Below, piece after piece: positions 14,001-26,445 of a stretch of 64,000 nt of DNA (the first letter of the stretch is position 1; each line of letters starts with the position of its first letter). The notes beneath the pieces are model-generated. The model ran no database searches and was not told where the DNA came from. It was given only the letters and a program-made list of their open reading frames with translations. Origin of the DNA: Octopus vulgaris (lineage: Eukaryota); contig OX597820.1 of the NCBI GenBank assembly GCA_951406725.2, positions 1,240,001-1,304,000 on the forward strand, given 5' to 3'. The position numbers were made by a program, and so were the translations under genes.

Positions 14001-14488
14001 TCGACCACTGTTGAATCTCCATTGTATCTGGAAGCCCTGAAAAATTATGTCTTTTCTTGTAATGAACTATTCTAGATGCTTTGTGCTAACAAAAACAAGA
14101 AAAAAATGAAAAAATGGAGATTGTTGTCAACTAAATAAACACTGACAATAAGAGCTCTCTTACCCACTGTGTGTGTGTGTGTGTGCATGCACAGATATAT
14201 ACATACATACATATATATATATACACACATAGGTTGTTGGTGAGAAGCCAAGAGGATGGAGTATTTAACTCAGAGCTCATGTTACCTTTGTTCATATTCC
14301 ATGGAAGACATCTCACTGCTAAGGAAAGACAACTCTGTTTGCTTTAGATTAACTAACTGAATCCTTAGTAAAAGAAATATATACAAGCATATCTACATGT
14401 ATGGATGTGTGTGTGTGTGTGTATATATATATACACATATGTGCATACATGTATGTATATAGGTATTTATATATATATATATATATTT

Positions 14489-14527
<39 letters not shown>

Positions 14528-14922
14528 CATACACACACACAGATAGTTCTAATCACACCTCATTGATACTTTGGAATACATCTTCAAAGATGGTTCTAGA
14601 GTCTTAGAAGATTTGGGGTCTTTTAACATCTGACCACTTCACTCAGTCGGTTCAGCTGGGTGGGGTTAATCAAGTCCCAACTTGCATCCCAATAGGTGCA
14701 AAACTACCAGCCTGTTCTCTTTATCCAAAGCCATCCTAGTGGCATGGAATTTATGGTGCTTTGCTGCACCAGTAACTCCAAGCCCAGTCAGTGTTTTACA
14801 GCATAAACGAATCTGCATTTCCTTAAACCAAACTAATAATTATTTATCATTTCTATCATTCTCTCTTCATAAATATACACACCACTAAATTTAGTAGTTA
14901 TTTAAGCAGTGGCCTGAAGAAA

Positions 14923-15114
14923 CAGCAATAACTCCTGAAATGTGCATATACACCCAGCAATAACTCCTGAAATGTGCATATACACCCAGCAATAACTCCT
15001 GAAATGTGCATATACACCCAGCAATAACTCCTGAAATGTGCATATACACCCAGCAATAACTCCTGAAATGTGCATATACACCCAGCAATAACTCCTGAAA
15101 TGTGCATATACACC
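14923..15114. repeat. Minisatellite, 6 x 32 bp (cagcaataactcctgaaatgtgcatatacacc)
   Basis: Perfect copies at 14923, 14955, 14987, 15019, 15051, 15083. Confidence 0.97.
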
Positions 15115-15301
15115 TATTTTCCTATCTTTGATCACATTGTTTACATAGACATATTGCAACACCAAATGTCATAACTTTCAGTGCTGGCTTTAACTGTAAT
15201 AGAAAATCTGCAGAGATAACATTAAGAAGTGATTGACTTATAAGCCTTTACTATGCTTGGCAGTATATTATCATTGCATAAAGGAAATACGCTCTCCCTA
15301 C

Positions 15302-15339
<38 letters not shown>

Positions 15340-15392
15340 AAAAAGAAGTTTGAAAACGCCACTATATAAGATAAATTTTAAGTTTCTTAGAA

Positions 15393-15440
15393 ATTTTACA
15401 TGTTTCGGTTCTTCTTGAAAAAATGAACCTTATCAAAAAT
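15393..15440 (-). ncRNA. Hammerhead motif with U3-A8 core variant (left arm of palindrome)
   Basis: ATTT TTGATAA GGTTC...GAACC GAAA CATG TA AAAT. Confidence 0.5.
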
Positions 15441-15672
15441 ATTTTAAAAAGTTAAGTGCAATAAAAAAGTTCATAATTGTTTCTTACTGGTCTCAACACA
15501 ATCCACGTGGTTGTTTTTAGCTGTCTTATGTGTCCGAATGGTCAGTGGCTGAAATGGCAGTAGCAGCAGTGACCTATTATGCTTACTCCCCACAAAAAAC
15601 CACCACGTGGATTCTGTTGAGACCAGTAAGAAACAATTATGAACTTTTTTATTACACTTAACTTTTTAAAAT

Positions 15673-15720
15673 ATTTTTGATAAGGTTCGTTTTTTCAAGA
15701 AGAACCGAAACATGTAAAAT
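15673..15720 (+). ncRNA. Hammerhead motif with U3-A8 core variant (right arm of palindrome)
   Basis: ATTT TTGATAA GGTTC gttttttcaagaa GAACC GAAA CATG TA AAAT. Confidence 0.5.
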
Positions 15721-15842
15721 TTCTAAGAAAATTGAAATTCATCTTATATAGTGGCATTTTCAAACTTCTTTTTATAAATATATACCCACTCGGTATATGA
15801 TCTACACTTATTATAAATATAATATATATATATATACATATG

Positions 15843-15893
<51 letters not shown>

Positions 15894-18457
15894 GTATATA
15901 TAAATATCACACATCATTTACAGACACTACCTAATCTTGCTAAGATTAATAAACAGATAGAAAGACGGAAAGGCGGAGGAGCGATAGACAAGCAGATAGG
16001 TGAATGATAGACAAGCATACAGACAGCAGCACATACATCCAGGCAACACATACAGACAGGCAGACAGACAGACAGAGTCAGATGTGTAAAGGTGGCAAAG
16101 TTCAATGGATAGGCATAAAGATGAATGTAAGTTCTGTCAATTTTCAACCAGTAATCAATTGGACTCTACATTTATTTTGCTATAAACAGTTTATCTTTTT
16201 GTTTTAAATTCTTTCTTTTTTTTATTTAAAGCATTTTCATAATTTTCCATTCATGGCTTCTGTTAGGTTTGATGGTTTAGCAAAATGTCGTTGGAATCAG
16301 GTGTTTTTAGTGTTGGATACAGTGAAATAAAAACAACGACTCTTAATTTTGAATTTGGGAGAAAGAAACTTCCCCACGATATTATAATATTATGATATGG
16401 CTATGCAGTAAGATGTTTGCTTCCCAACCACATGGTTCTGGGTTCAGTCTCATTGTGTGGCATCTTGGGCAAACATCTTCTACTATAAGCTCCTTGTGAG
16501 TAGCGTGTGTGTGTGTGTGTGCTCATGTGTGTGTGTGTGTGTGTGTGCCATTATGTTTGTTCCCCACCACCACTTGACAACTTGTGTTGGTATACTTATA
16601 TCACCATAACTTAGTGGTTCGGCAAAAGAGATCAACAGAAAAAATACCAGACTTTAACAAAATAAGTAATGGGAGAGAGTCTTTCAACTACAACCCTTTA
16701 ATGGTTGAACCTAGCATGGTTGATGTCCAATGACTGAAACAAATAATATATGTATATATATATATCCACTGTTGTAATACTTACAACATTTAATAAAATG
16801 ATGTAGTATGAAACGATCATACCAAATTACCGGAGTCATTCTTGTTGCTTATTTTGATTATAATCACCCCACGGATTTTTATGGATGACACCAGACAGAA
16901 TTCAGGTGCATCTAACTGAAGTACCATATTCATTTGAATCTAAATTTTTGCTGAACCTATATATATATAATTATAGACACTAAATCATTAAATCGTTTCA
17001 CCACTCAAAGAGTGGTGAGACAATTTAGCATCTATTTCTCAGCATATAGGCTAGAAAATTTTTCTAACCCCTTATTATAATTATACATATAATTTTCACC
17101 ATAATTGGTTTCATTTTATATGCTGGCCACTGATAAAATTTGTTTTTAAAGTTTTATTCTCTATTATATATATATATATATAATGTATATATATATATAA
17201 TGTATATATATATATAATGTATATATATATATATATTAATGAAATGTATACAGCATTATAGATGCATTAAGGCCAATCATAGTAACTGCTGCAGGCCAAC
17301 TCTGATGAGTGCAGTTATTAGATAACTGATTACCTAATATTACCTAATATCCTGTGCAAAACCAGTTGATAGGATCAACTGTATTGGACTTTATGTATTA
17401 TTATGTGGACAATATGTAAATTATAAGTTATATTGCTCTAATTTAGTTCTGTTCTGACTAGGTGTCCAACTGAGTTTGGTGGCTTTGCCTTGTTTAGGAA
17501 ATATATTTGTATTTTGTTAATTTCTACAAATAATAGTTCTTCTAATTTGCATACTGCTTTGTTTTGCACGTGGATTTGGGGGTTCTGCTTTAAGCAGCAT
17601 GTATTTTTAAGTACATATTGCTCACATATTCCCTCCATGATTTGTTAGTTGGCAGGTATTCAAATAATGTAAAAATTCTGTATTAAAAAATAACAACATA
17701 TAAGTGTAGCATTAGCAGGGCTGTCGAATTACTTCACTCCAGCGTAGCAGCACACTGGTGCTGCATTTAAATGTTAGCAGCGGAGGAATACACATGATGA
17801 CTTCTGCCCAGAGTAATAGAGCGCACTTTTCAAAGGCGTTTTATCCAGTCACTGTCTAAATGTTAGAACGTTAACATCTGGTTCCCTTTCGTCACTGTTT
17901 TGCTTTATCCCATTCAGATGTAGACAATCTATCAACAAGCTTGTGGTTCATCTATCTCGACACGCTGTGGGATTTATACCTCACCTCACTACCACTCCAA
18001 AACTTATTGGATATTTTAGATTTGCAGCCAAGTACCAGAGCTAACTACCCTGATGTGTATTAAGGAATTAACTCATGTCTTCTACACCCGGTTGTCTTGT
18101 ACGCTTATCTCTGTTGTGCCAGCTACTTCATGTGTGAGCAAGAAATAAATTATGTTTGTTAACCAAAAGCATTACTTTTTGATTTTTATCATTACCTTTA
18201 TGCAAAACATGCATTTATACGTTTCCAACCTTCTTGCATGCACACATCTAAATATACTTCCTAAACTGGTAAAGCCCAACTCTTAATTGACCTCTTGTTA
18301 CCTATGTATTATAGCCAAAGTGAGCAGTCCAATTGACATTTGGTTGAACTACAATGAAAGAGCAATATTACATCACATGCAGCATGGATAAATGAGACAG
18401 CAATGAATTATTATTAGCACATACATTACAAGGATTAAGTCAAACCACACTATTTAC

Positions 18458-18502
18458 CTCCCTATCATCACCACCGCGTCTTCTGCGGGAACGTCTGCTA
18501 TC
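18458..18502 (-). CDS. TnI: Troponin I-like exon, 45 nt, phase 0-0, DSRRSRRRRGGDDRE
   Basis: tgtgtgctgttttcag| acceptor, GAG|GTAAAT donor; RRRRGGD motif recalled from the scallop troponin I N-terminal extension; several TGCATG downstream (about 18208, 18237, 18376). Confidence 0.82.
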
Positions 18503-21180
18503 CTGAAAACAGCACACAAATGCAATTGTGCAGATTTTGTTCACAACATACAATATTATAGTATTTGATCATTTGTTTATGAATAATTAATGAAATATCT
18601 TTTTGTAAAATAACCAAACAACACAAGAAAGAAGAATTGTTGTAAAATTCATTTGTTAGAAATCAAAATGGAGGTGAATCTCATCTGTCTAGATTATTAG
18701 TATTGAATGCTGGCAGTTTTGAAAAACATTGTTTTGTCAAATATATTATTGAATAAGATTTAATATTTTAATAAGTTGTTATTAACAGCAAAGGGTTTTA
18801 CCTTAAATATCTAAATTAATTCCAGAAAATATCTAAGAAAATTTTGTTTTTGTATTTGGTCTGCAAGTGCAAGATTCTTGATGTGAACACAGGTATTGAA
18901 GCATATTTTGCTGTATGTTGGGAGGGTCACATGTGAATAATAAACACATGCTCTGGTTCTATTGCACTTTATTTATCAATTGTCACTTGTTTAACTATTT
19001 AGCCAATTAAGTAATCGACTGCTTAATTAATTTGATTCCTCATTCAGTCAATCAAATAATTAGGTTTGTTAAACTCTTTTTCTCTCCATTTGCCACCTCA
19101 TAAATGACATGCCCTCTCTACTGTGGGTCTACTTCAGCAGTCTGCTTAAGAAAATTATCAAAATGAAACTTTTGCTTTCTATCTATTTCAGTGTTACTAT
19201 TTAATACCTATTTTCCAAGATTCAGTCCAGTTGGATATATCTTTGTCAGATAAAAAATACTTTACAGTGTCAAAGACACATATTAGCCCATTCAGAAACA
19301 CACAACAAAACTATTAGTTTCACTTAAACATTTATTATTTGGTGACGAAATTTTCCTCATACAAGCTGCAACCTGGTCACTGACACAGTTCTCTAGCAGT
19401 CGGTCATCACCCTACTCTTTACTCTGTGACACTTGCCTGCATAATTTGTGTTCTCATGTAACTACCAGTACTAATACCACATGTTCTACAAGTAGTAGCA
19501 CCAGTAACCCTAGTACCACATGTCCTAACAGCAGTAGCACTAGTACCACATCTTCCATGCTAGTACCACATCTTCCATGCTAGTACCACATGTCCTTAAA
19601 GCAGAAGTACATGTTCCACAAATAGCAGTAAAAGCGGCTGTTGTAAAGCTGGAACCAAATGTCAGGACAGTAGTACTGGTCCCTCACGTCAGATTAGTGG
19701 CAATACCAGTGATACTAAGTGACTGGAGTAACGATAACTTGTTTCCTACATTTAGTAATACTAATAATAGTTGCAGTAGTAATGAAACAACTAGCTTTTA
19801 AAATTCTGTATTAAACTTATAAGTCTGCTCTACACAAGTGAGGCAATATTTGTTTAAAATAGCCATCTATGTATTATACTTAAGGTATATACACTGGTGA
19901 TAGGCCAGAAATAGATTCAAAATGCCAAAATGCATCTGGTGCTCTCACTGACCACTGAGGAGACAAATTTTCATCTCCCCCTGATATTTTGTGTTTTTTT
20001 TAACACAGTATGTCCACAAGGGTTGTTACCCCAGGACAAATAGCACAGTAACTGGCCTGTCAACAATATGTATACATCAAGTGTGACACATAGATGGATA
20101 CTTTGAAGTAATATTGACCATTTTAGTAAAATGAAACTTTAAAAAAAAAAACTTGTCAAGGAATTTCATGCAAAAAAGGTAATATTAAATTAACATGGTT
20201 GCTTTTGACTACATTTTCAATACAAAGATATCTCAAGTATTGATTGAAAATCTAGAGAAAAATCATGGAATTTCAAAGAATTTCAAAGAAAATTTCCAAG
20301 GAGTCTCCTTTCCATTAACATTGTACATACACAGTCACTAAAATGTAGCCAGAAAAGTTCTGTATATCATAGTTTCTATCAAGTATAGACTGTAACTAGA
20401 TTTATGAAATAAAGTGCTTCCTGAATTATACAGACTCACAGAATTGGTTTCCTGGTTGCTCTGTGAGTATTCCTGAGAAGCACCTGGTGTACATATCATC
20501 AAAGAGCTTTTGAAGTATTTTTCTTGATGACCCAGGCTTTGGTTGCATACTTAAGAATGTTCTCTACATAAGCCTTGGATTTGGAACAGTTTAAAGGTGT
20601 AATAAATTGGTTTTCCATAAAGAATTGGGAAAATTAAATACTTCAATAGGGTTTCTGTGGATCTTACTTTTTACTATACATGAACTAAGTAATAGATATG
20701 TCTAATGGTGTATGCATGACAAATTCTCTAATAATCAAATTTATTATCAGAGATTTGTTCTTTCTTAGGGTACAACTTTACATCAAGTTGACATGAGAAA
20801 TTTATAATGGCAGATACATTCAGATATCTTTTGCTTCTCAAATATTTTCTAATGTGATACTAATATCAGGGTACCTAAAGAATACTTTGACTTTAAAGTC
20901 TAAAAGGAATGTTTGTTCTGCACAAAGAAATAGTTTATTAGATCAAAGTATAACTAGTGACCAAATGTGTTTGTACAAAAAGTAAAGCCTCAAATAAAAA
21001 ATGGAAATTTTCAGAACAATAAAAAGAAACATATTGTTCTTGAGAAGATCATTGATGCAGAACGAATTAATAAATCAGTCAAGAAGAAAAAAAGGAAACC
21101 CACTCCTAAGTTATTTCTCAATAAATTATAACTTTAAAATAAGATCAAATTATGTTTCAGTTTTCATGCAGGAAATGCAG

Positions 21181-21518
21181 GCTCGAGATGAACCAAGTTT
21201 ACCAGATGTTCAACAACAGTTCAAATCAAGCCAAATTTACCAGATGTTCAGTAAAGGCTCAAGTTGAACCGAATTTACCAGATGTTCAGTGAAGGCTCAA
21301 GATGAACTGAATTTACCAGATGTTCAGTGAAGGCTCAAGATGAACCGAATTTACCAGATGTTCAGTGAAGGCTCAAGATGAACCGAATTTACCAGATGTT
21401 CAGTGAAGGCTCAAGATGAACCGAATTTACCAGATGTTCAGTGAAGGCTCAAGATGAACCGAATTTACCAGATGTTCAATGACAGCACAAGCTGAGCTAA
21501 ATTTACCAGATATTCAGA
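21181..21518. repeat. Minisatellite, ~9 x 38 bp (gctcaagatgaaccgaatttaccagatgttcagtgaag)
   Basis: Period 38; central copies near-identical, edge copies diverged. Confidence 0.95.
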
Positions 21519-21543
21519 AGCAAACAAAAAACACTGGCTTTAC

Positions 21544-21634
21544 CTCTTGAGGTTCTGGAGCAGATTCCTCTTCCACTTGGCGTCTCCTTGAGCGGCGAGA
21601 TGTTGTGTCTTCTTCAACTGTTTCTGAAGCTGCC
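21544..21634 (-). CDS. TnI: Troponin I-like exon, 91 nt, phase 2-0, AASETVEEDTTSRRSRRRQVEEESAPEPQE
   Basis: tttccttctctttttaccttatcaag| acceptor, GAG|GTAAAG donor; phase fits the upstream phase-2 donors; charged E/R-rich peptide. Confidence 0.82.
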
Positions 21635-22685
21635 CTTGATAAGGTAAAAAGAGAAGGAAATAAAGTAAATAGACAAACAAAGCACCAAAATTCTTCAACA
21701 GCAATTCTAAAAGCAAAATATGATATCAGTTGAAAATGCATCACAAAAAACAACATATTTTACATATATATATATATATATGCATATGCAAATGGTAAAT
21801 GAAAATTTTATGTAATTGATAATGTAATATTGATTGTTCTGCTTTTGTAAAACAATGTAGGCCAAAAGAATAAATTGCAATGGTGCTTCTTCTATCAACA
21901 GGATTTTAAATAACAAAATCTGCTGACAGAGGAAGCATGCAAAAAGCAATTACATTCTCTCAAACTGATATTGTTCAATATGTTTATATCAAGTAATACT
22001 TCTATTTATATCTACTATATAAATGTATTATGCATACATAAAGATATACATACATGCATAGCCATGTACATATATTTACAAATTTAGATGTTATGTAACT
22101 GACTAGAATTTTTTTTTTTATTAATTAATTGACAATATTTAAGTAATAAACAGAATTAATGTTTATTAATTGAAATTATTAATTATATTTACTGTTTAAG
22201 TAATCATCAAATGTTTATCAACATCATTAATAAATCTTCGCGTTATCAATAACTCAACCATTAATCTTGTTTTAATAAAATTATTATTATTATTATTATA
22301 TTATTATTATCATTTATATTATTTTATCATTATCATCAAGATTTTATAATTATCATTATCACCATTATTATCATTATCATTATTATCATTATTATCATTA
22401 TTATCATTATTATTATTATTATTATCATCATCATCATCATCAAGCGGAAGATCAAATGCTGTTGACATTCTGAGCCTAGTACCATTCATTTTTCTGATTG
22501 CGCAGGTTTGTTGTTCATTTACATGACTCTAATGGAAGCAATTTTTCCTTTTAAGAAGCTTTCTGGAGTAGTTATGGTTTATATTAGTAAAGGTTTGACG
22601 GAGGAATGACTTTAGCAGAAAAGTAGGTGAAACATTATTTGTTATGCAATAAGCTTTACAATGAAGAACTAATTTTATATGTTGA

Positions 22686-22714
<29 letters not shown>

Positions 22715-22716
<2 letters not shown>

Positions 22717-23060
22717 TTCTCTTTATCACAGGTTTTGTTGAAGCTCTTGGAGTCTTGCATGCATAGCGGGCTTACCACCGGCAGCTTATGGCACCATGCT
22801 ATCTGTTCTTTTCACCTACCTAATACTTTCCTGATTATTCTGGCTGTGCCAAGGAGGCAAACCCTTTGTAACAGTTCCTATGGGCACTCTATTCCAATTT
22901 CCTTTATATTCCTCTTGGTGCCGTTTGATACTGTTCCCAAGGACCCAGCAATAACTGGCACGATCTTCACCTTCTCCATTTTCCATAGCCAGGCTTTTTC
23001 ATACTGAAGAGGGTTGTATCTGTCTATCTTTTCACCTTCTTTCTTGACTATTCATGACCA
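22715..23060 (-). mobile_element. 5'-truncated R4/Dong-clade non-LTR retrotransposon (RLE endonuclease C-terminus plus 3'UTR) in a (TAA)n tract
   Basis: Minus translation IVKKEGEKIDRYNPLQYEKAWLWKMEKVKIVPVIAGSLGTVS...*ELLQRVCLLGTARIIRKVLGR* (stop 22814-22812); (ATT)n on both sides. Confidence 0.75.
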
Positions 23061-23412
23061 TTTATTATTATTATTATTATCATTATTACCACCTTGACTG
23101 CTCCTAGGCTTTCAGGGAAATCTCCGACAGTGGGATTCTTCGATTATCCCTAAAGAACTTCCTGTATCAGGAGGGCCACATCTCTATCATCCTCCCCCAC
23201 GTTTTTTCTTTTGTACCTCTCTATACAATGCATATGTCCCCTCTTTCCCAGTGTATACCATGTATACTTTTTTTATCCTTACATTATATGTAAACCCCCA
23301 CAATTTATGTCTGTATTGTCCCCCTCATCCTTCACCCTCATGGCAAATAAACGAAATCATTATTATTATTATTATTATTATTACCATAATTATCATTTTT
23401 ATTATCATTTCC

Positions 23413-24160
23413 AGGTTAAGGCAATGAGCTGACCAAACCTTGGCTGTGTTGGTCAAAATGCTTAGCAGCATTTTTCCAGGCTCTTTATGTTCCAAGATCT
23501 AAACCTGCTGAGGTTTGCTTTGCCTTTCATCCTTTCAGGGTTGATAAAATAAGTACCAGTTGAACACTGGGGTCAGTGTAATCAACTAGTCTCCACCCAA
23601 CAAATTTGAGGCCTTGTGCCTTTAGTAGACAGGATTATTATTACTATTATTTAAGGTGGCAAGCTGGCAGAGTCGTTAGCATGCCAGGCAAAATGCTTTG
23701 TGGCATTTTGTCCATCTTTACATTCCAAGTTCAGATTCTGCCAAGGTCAACTTTTGCCTTTCATCTTTTTGGAGTCGATAAAATAAGTATCAGTTGAGCA
23801 CTGGGGTTGATTAAATTGAGTTAGCCCCACCACCAAAATTGCTGGCCTTGTACCAAAATTTGAAACCATTATCCTTAGACATTAAAAAAATTAGGAGAAG
23901 GGGTTAGTTGATTACATTGGCCCCAGTGCACAACTGGTACTTATTCTATCGATTCCAGAAGGATAAGAGACAAAGTCGACCTTGACTGAATTTGAACTCA
24001 GAATCTAATGAGCTGGAAGAAACAATGCTAGGCTTCTACTTTGGGTAGAGAGGGTCTTAGTAGATACCAACAACCCCAGTTGTTGACTGGTACTTATTTT
24101 ATTGTTACCACAGGGATGACAGGTAAAGTTGACTCTAGAAGAATTTTAACTCAGAAAGTA
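23413..24160. mobile_element. Four SINE copies of the same family: two plus (23413-23630, 23652-23870) then two minus (23895-24030, 24060-24160)
   Basis: Core gcctttcatc...gataaaataagta on plus, then tacttatt...aaagtcgacc...tttgaactcag. Confidence 0.8.
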
Positions 24161-25914
24161 AAGACCCTAATGAAAACCTAAGAACCCGTGTAAAAGAAGC
24201 TAAATTGATACCAATTCCTGACTTGCTATTGAAATGAACCCAGGTCTGGTTTAGCATTTGTGGATGTTAGACCTAGGAACGTCTACTTTGCTTTAATAAT
24301 ATCAAAATGGCATTTGATTCTGTTTAAGACTATTTATGATAAAGACATAGTATACCAAATGAAAACACCTTAATCTGGAAAAAATGTAACCTTGAAAGTT
24401 GGAAAGAGGAATCTGAGTTTTTGACAAGAAGTAAAATTCTGAGAAATTATTTTGTGAAATTGAAACATTTTCTAGGAATAAAAATCTTTGGAAACAATTT
24501 AAGATATATTTGCTTGTTTTACTGTTATTTTAAATATGCAGATAGATCGATGTATCAATAAGACCTAAATTAAATATAATTTTAACTAGTTTTAATGTCA
24601 ATTTTAGTTAGTTTTAATGATATATATTTTTTGATAGCATTCTTTCTTAATTAACACTTTTTTAAAGCATGAATCATAATATTTATGAGTTTTGAATTTG
24701 AGAGAACCAGATTTCAATAGAATTCATGTGATTTGAATGATACTCGCAAACAACTTATTAGTTTAATGGGGTTTTTTTAAAAAGAATTCTTTAAAAAATT
24801 CTTTTTTAAAGATGTTTAAAAAAGTGATTTTTTAAAAAGTTGTCTTTTTTTATTGTCACCCAATAATGTAAATGTTCTGGTTATTCAAACCATGATAATG
24901 TCTTTCAGCTGATAACCAAATATGACAGGATTCAATGCTGCTTTGGAATGATATAAACAGAAATTGCAATAAATTCTTGCTGCCAAGAAACAAGTAGTCA
25001 GAGATATTTCTGAGGCAACTGGAAGTCATAATTAAAATTGACGTGCTTCATTATCAAGTTGAAACAAAATGCTTGGAGATTAAGTGAAACATTTTTCAGT
25101 AATGCATTGCCAATATATTTGTGGTACCAAAACATGCAATCAGTGCAAGAGTCGTCAGGTTAATTTCTAGTTCTAATAATAATTCCAAAGAAATCAATAA
25201 AATTTATATTAGTAGAATTTAATGCTTGGCTAGAATCGTTTGCAAGTAGAAGGAATTTTGTTTTGAATTAGTTAGAATGAGAGAAGTGATGTTCATTGCC
25301 AATTTTAGGAAAGGGATATTTTGTTATTTATAGTTGGAAAGAAATCAAACACTGACAGTGTGATCTAGAAGGATTCATTTTCAGAAAAGAAGAATTTGGA
25401 AAAGAACATGGTCTTGGAATAAGAAATGAAACATGGTAAGAGTAAAGAAAAATGGAGAGGGTAGGTACAATAAGTGTGTTTAAATTGTGGTAATATAGAA
25501 TTGGTAAGGCTGTTCTGATATGACAGGCAGAAAATTGCAGATGAGGAATAGTGCAGTTTGAATGTCTGTCAGTTTAATATGGAAGGAATCTAATACAATT
25601 CAACAGTTCTTTCTTTCCAATTCTTAAGACACACACACACCCAAAATGTGAAGGATTGTAAGACTACCGAATCTGTAGTTAGCTAGGTTCTACCTAAAAC
25701 TGAAAACTTGCCTTAAAAGTAAATTTAAACAGAGATATTATTGCCACTCCTAATCATTTTCAGTCTAAATATACCAGAATTTGTAATATGTGAACCTTTC
25801 CTAATTTCATGAAGACAAATTAGGTTCAATTGACATTTTCTTTGATTTATGGTAACTTGCAAATCACATGCTTGTGCAAATGCTGCCAATCAAAAGCTAA
25901 ACATACCAAATACA

Positions 25915-26115
25915 AGGAGATTTCAGGGATCATCAGGAGAGAATGCACACCATTTTGGGGTCTTCCTCTCAATGGCTTTGCAACACACCACCACCCTCAC
26001 TAATGTGATGCCCCATTTACTGTATCAACTAACTTGTAGGTTTCAGGAATCATCAGTAGAGAGTGTGCACCATTTTGGGGCCTTCCTCTCAAAGACTTTA
26101 CACCACAATACCCCC
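25915..26115. repeat. Diverged direct duplication, period 120 bp; homologue at about 44390-44460
   Basis: tttcagg(g/a)atcatcag..gaga.tg..caccattttgggg.cttcctctca at 25921 and 26041. Confidence 0.75.
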
Positions 26116-26319
26116 CACCCCCGCCACTCATTCATTTATGTGATACCCAAACTACTGGATTGATTGAATAGCTGCACCAACCCTACACAGTCATCCTACT
26201 CAAAATACAAAGCTATGATTCCCCGAAATGAATGCCAGTTACTAAAATAGCCTCAAGAAGATGGTGAGTATAAGTGAAAGAAAGAGCTGTAAGAAGTGAC
26301 CAATCGAATAAATGGAGGA

Positions 26320-26445
26320 GAGGGTGAGAGTGAGTGAGTGAGTGAGTGAGTGAGTGATAATGTGTGGGTGAGAGTGAGTGAGTGAGTGAGTGAGTGAGTG
26401 AGTGATAATGTGTGGGTGAGAGTGAGTGAGTGAGTGAGTGAGTGA
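26320..26445. repeat. (GAGT)n microsatellite with higher-order duplication
   Basis: Direct inspection. Confidence 0.9.

Larger units (their letters stand above)
15326..15784. repeat. Long inverted repeat, ~190-bp arms, ~75-bp spacer (inverted Penelope-like pLTRs)
   Basis: 15326-15518 is the near-exact reverse complement of 15594-15784; flanked by (TA)n. Confidence 0.95.

Noticed and set aside
14923-21518. CRISPR-like 32-bp and 38-bp repeats
   Set aside because: Head-to-tail with no unique spacers, no cas genes, eukaryotic context.
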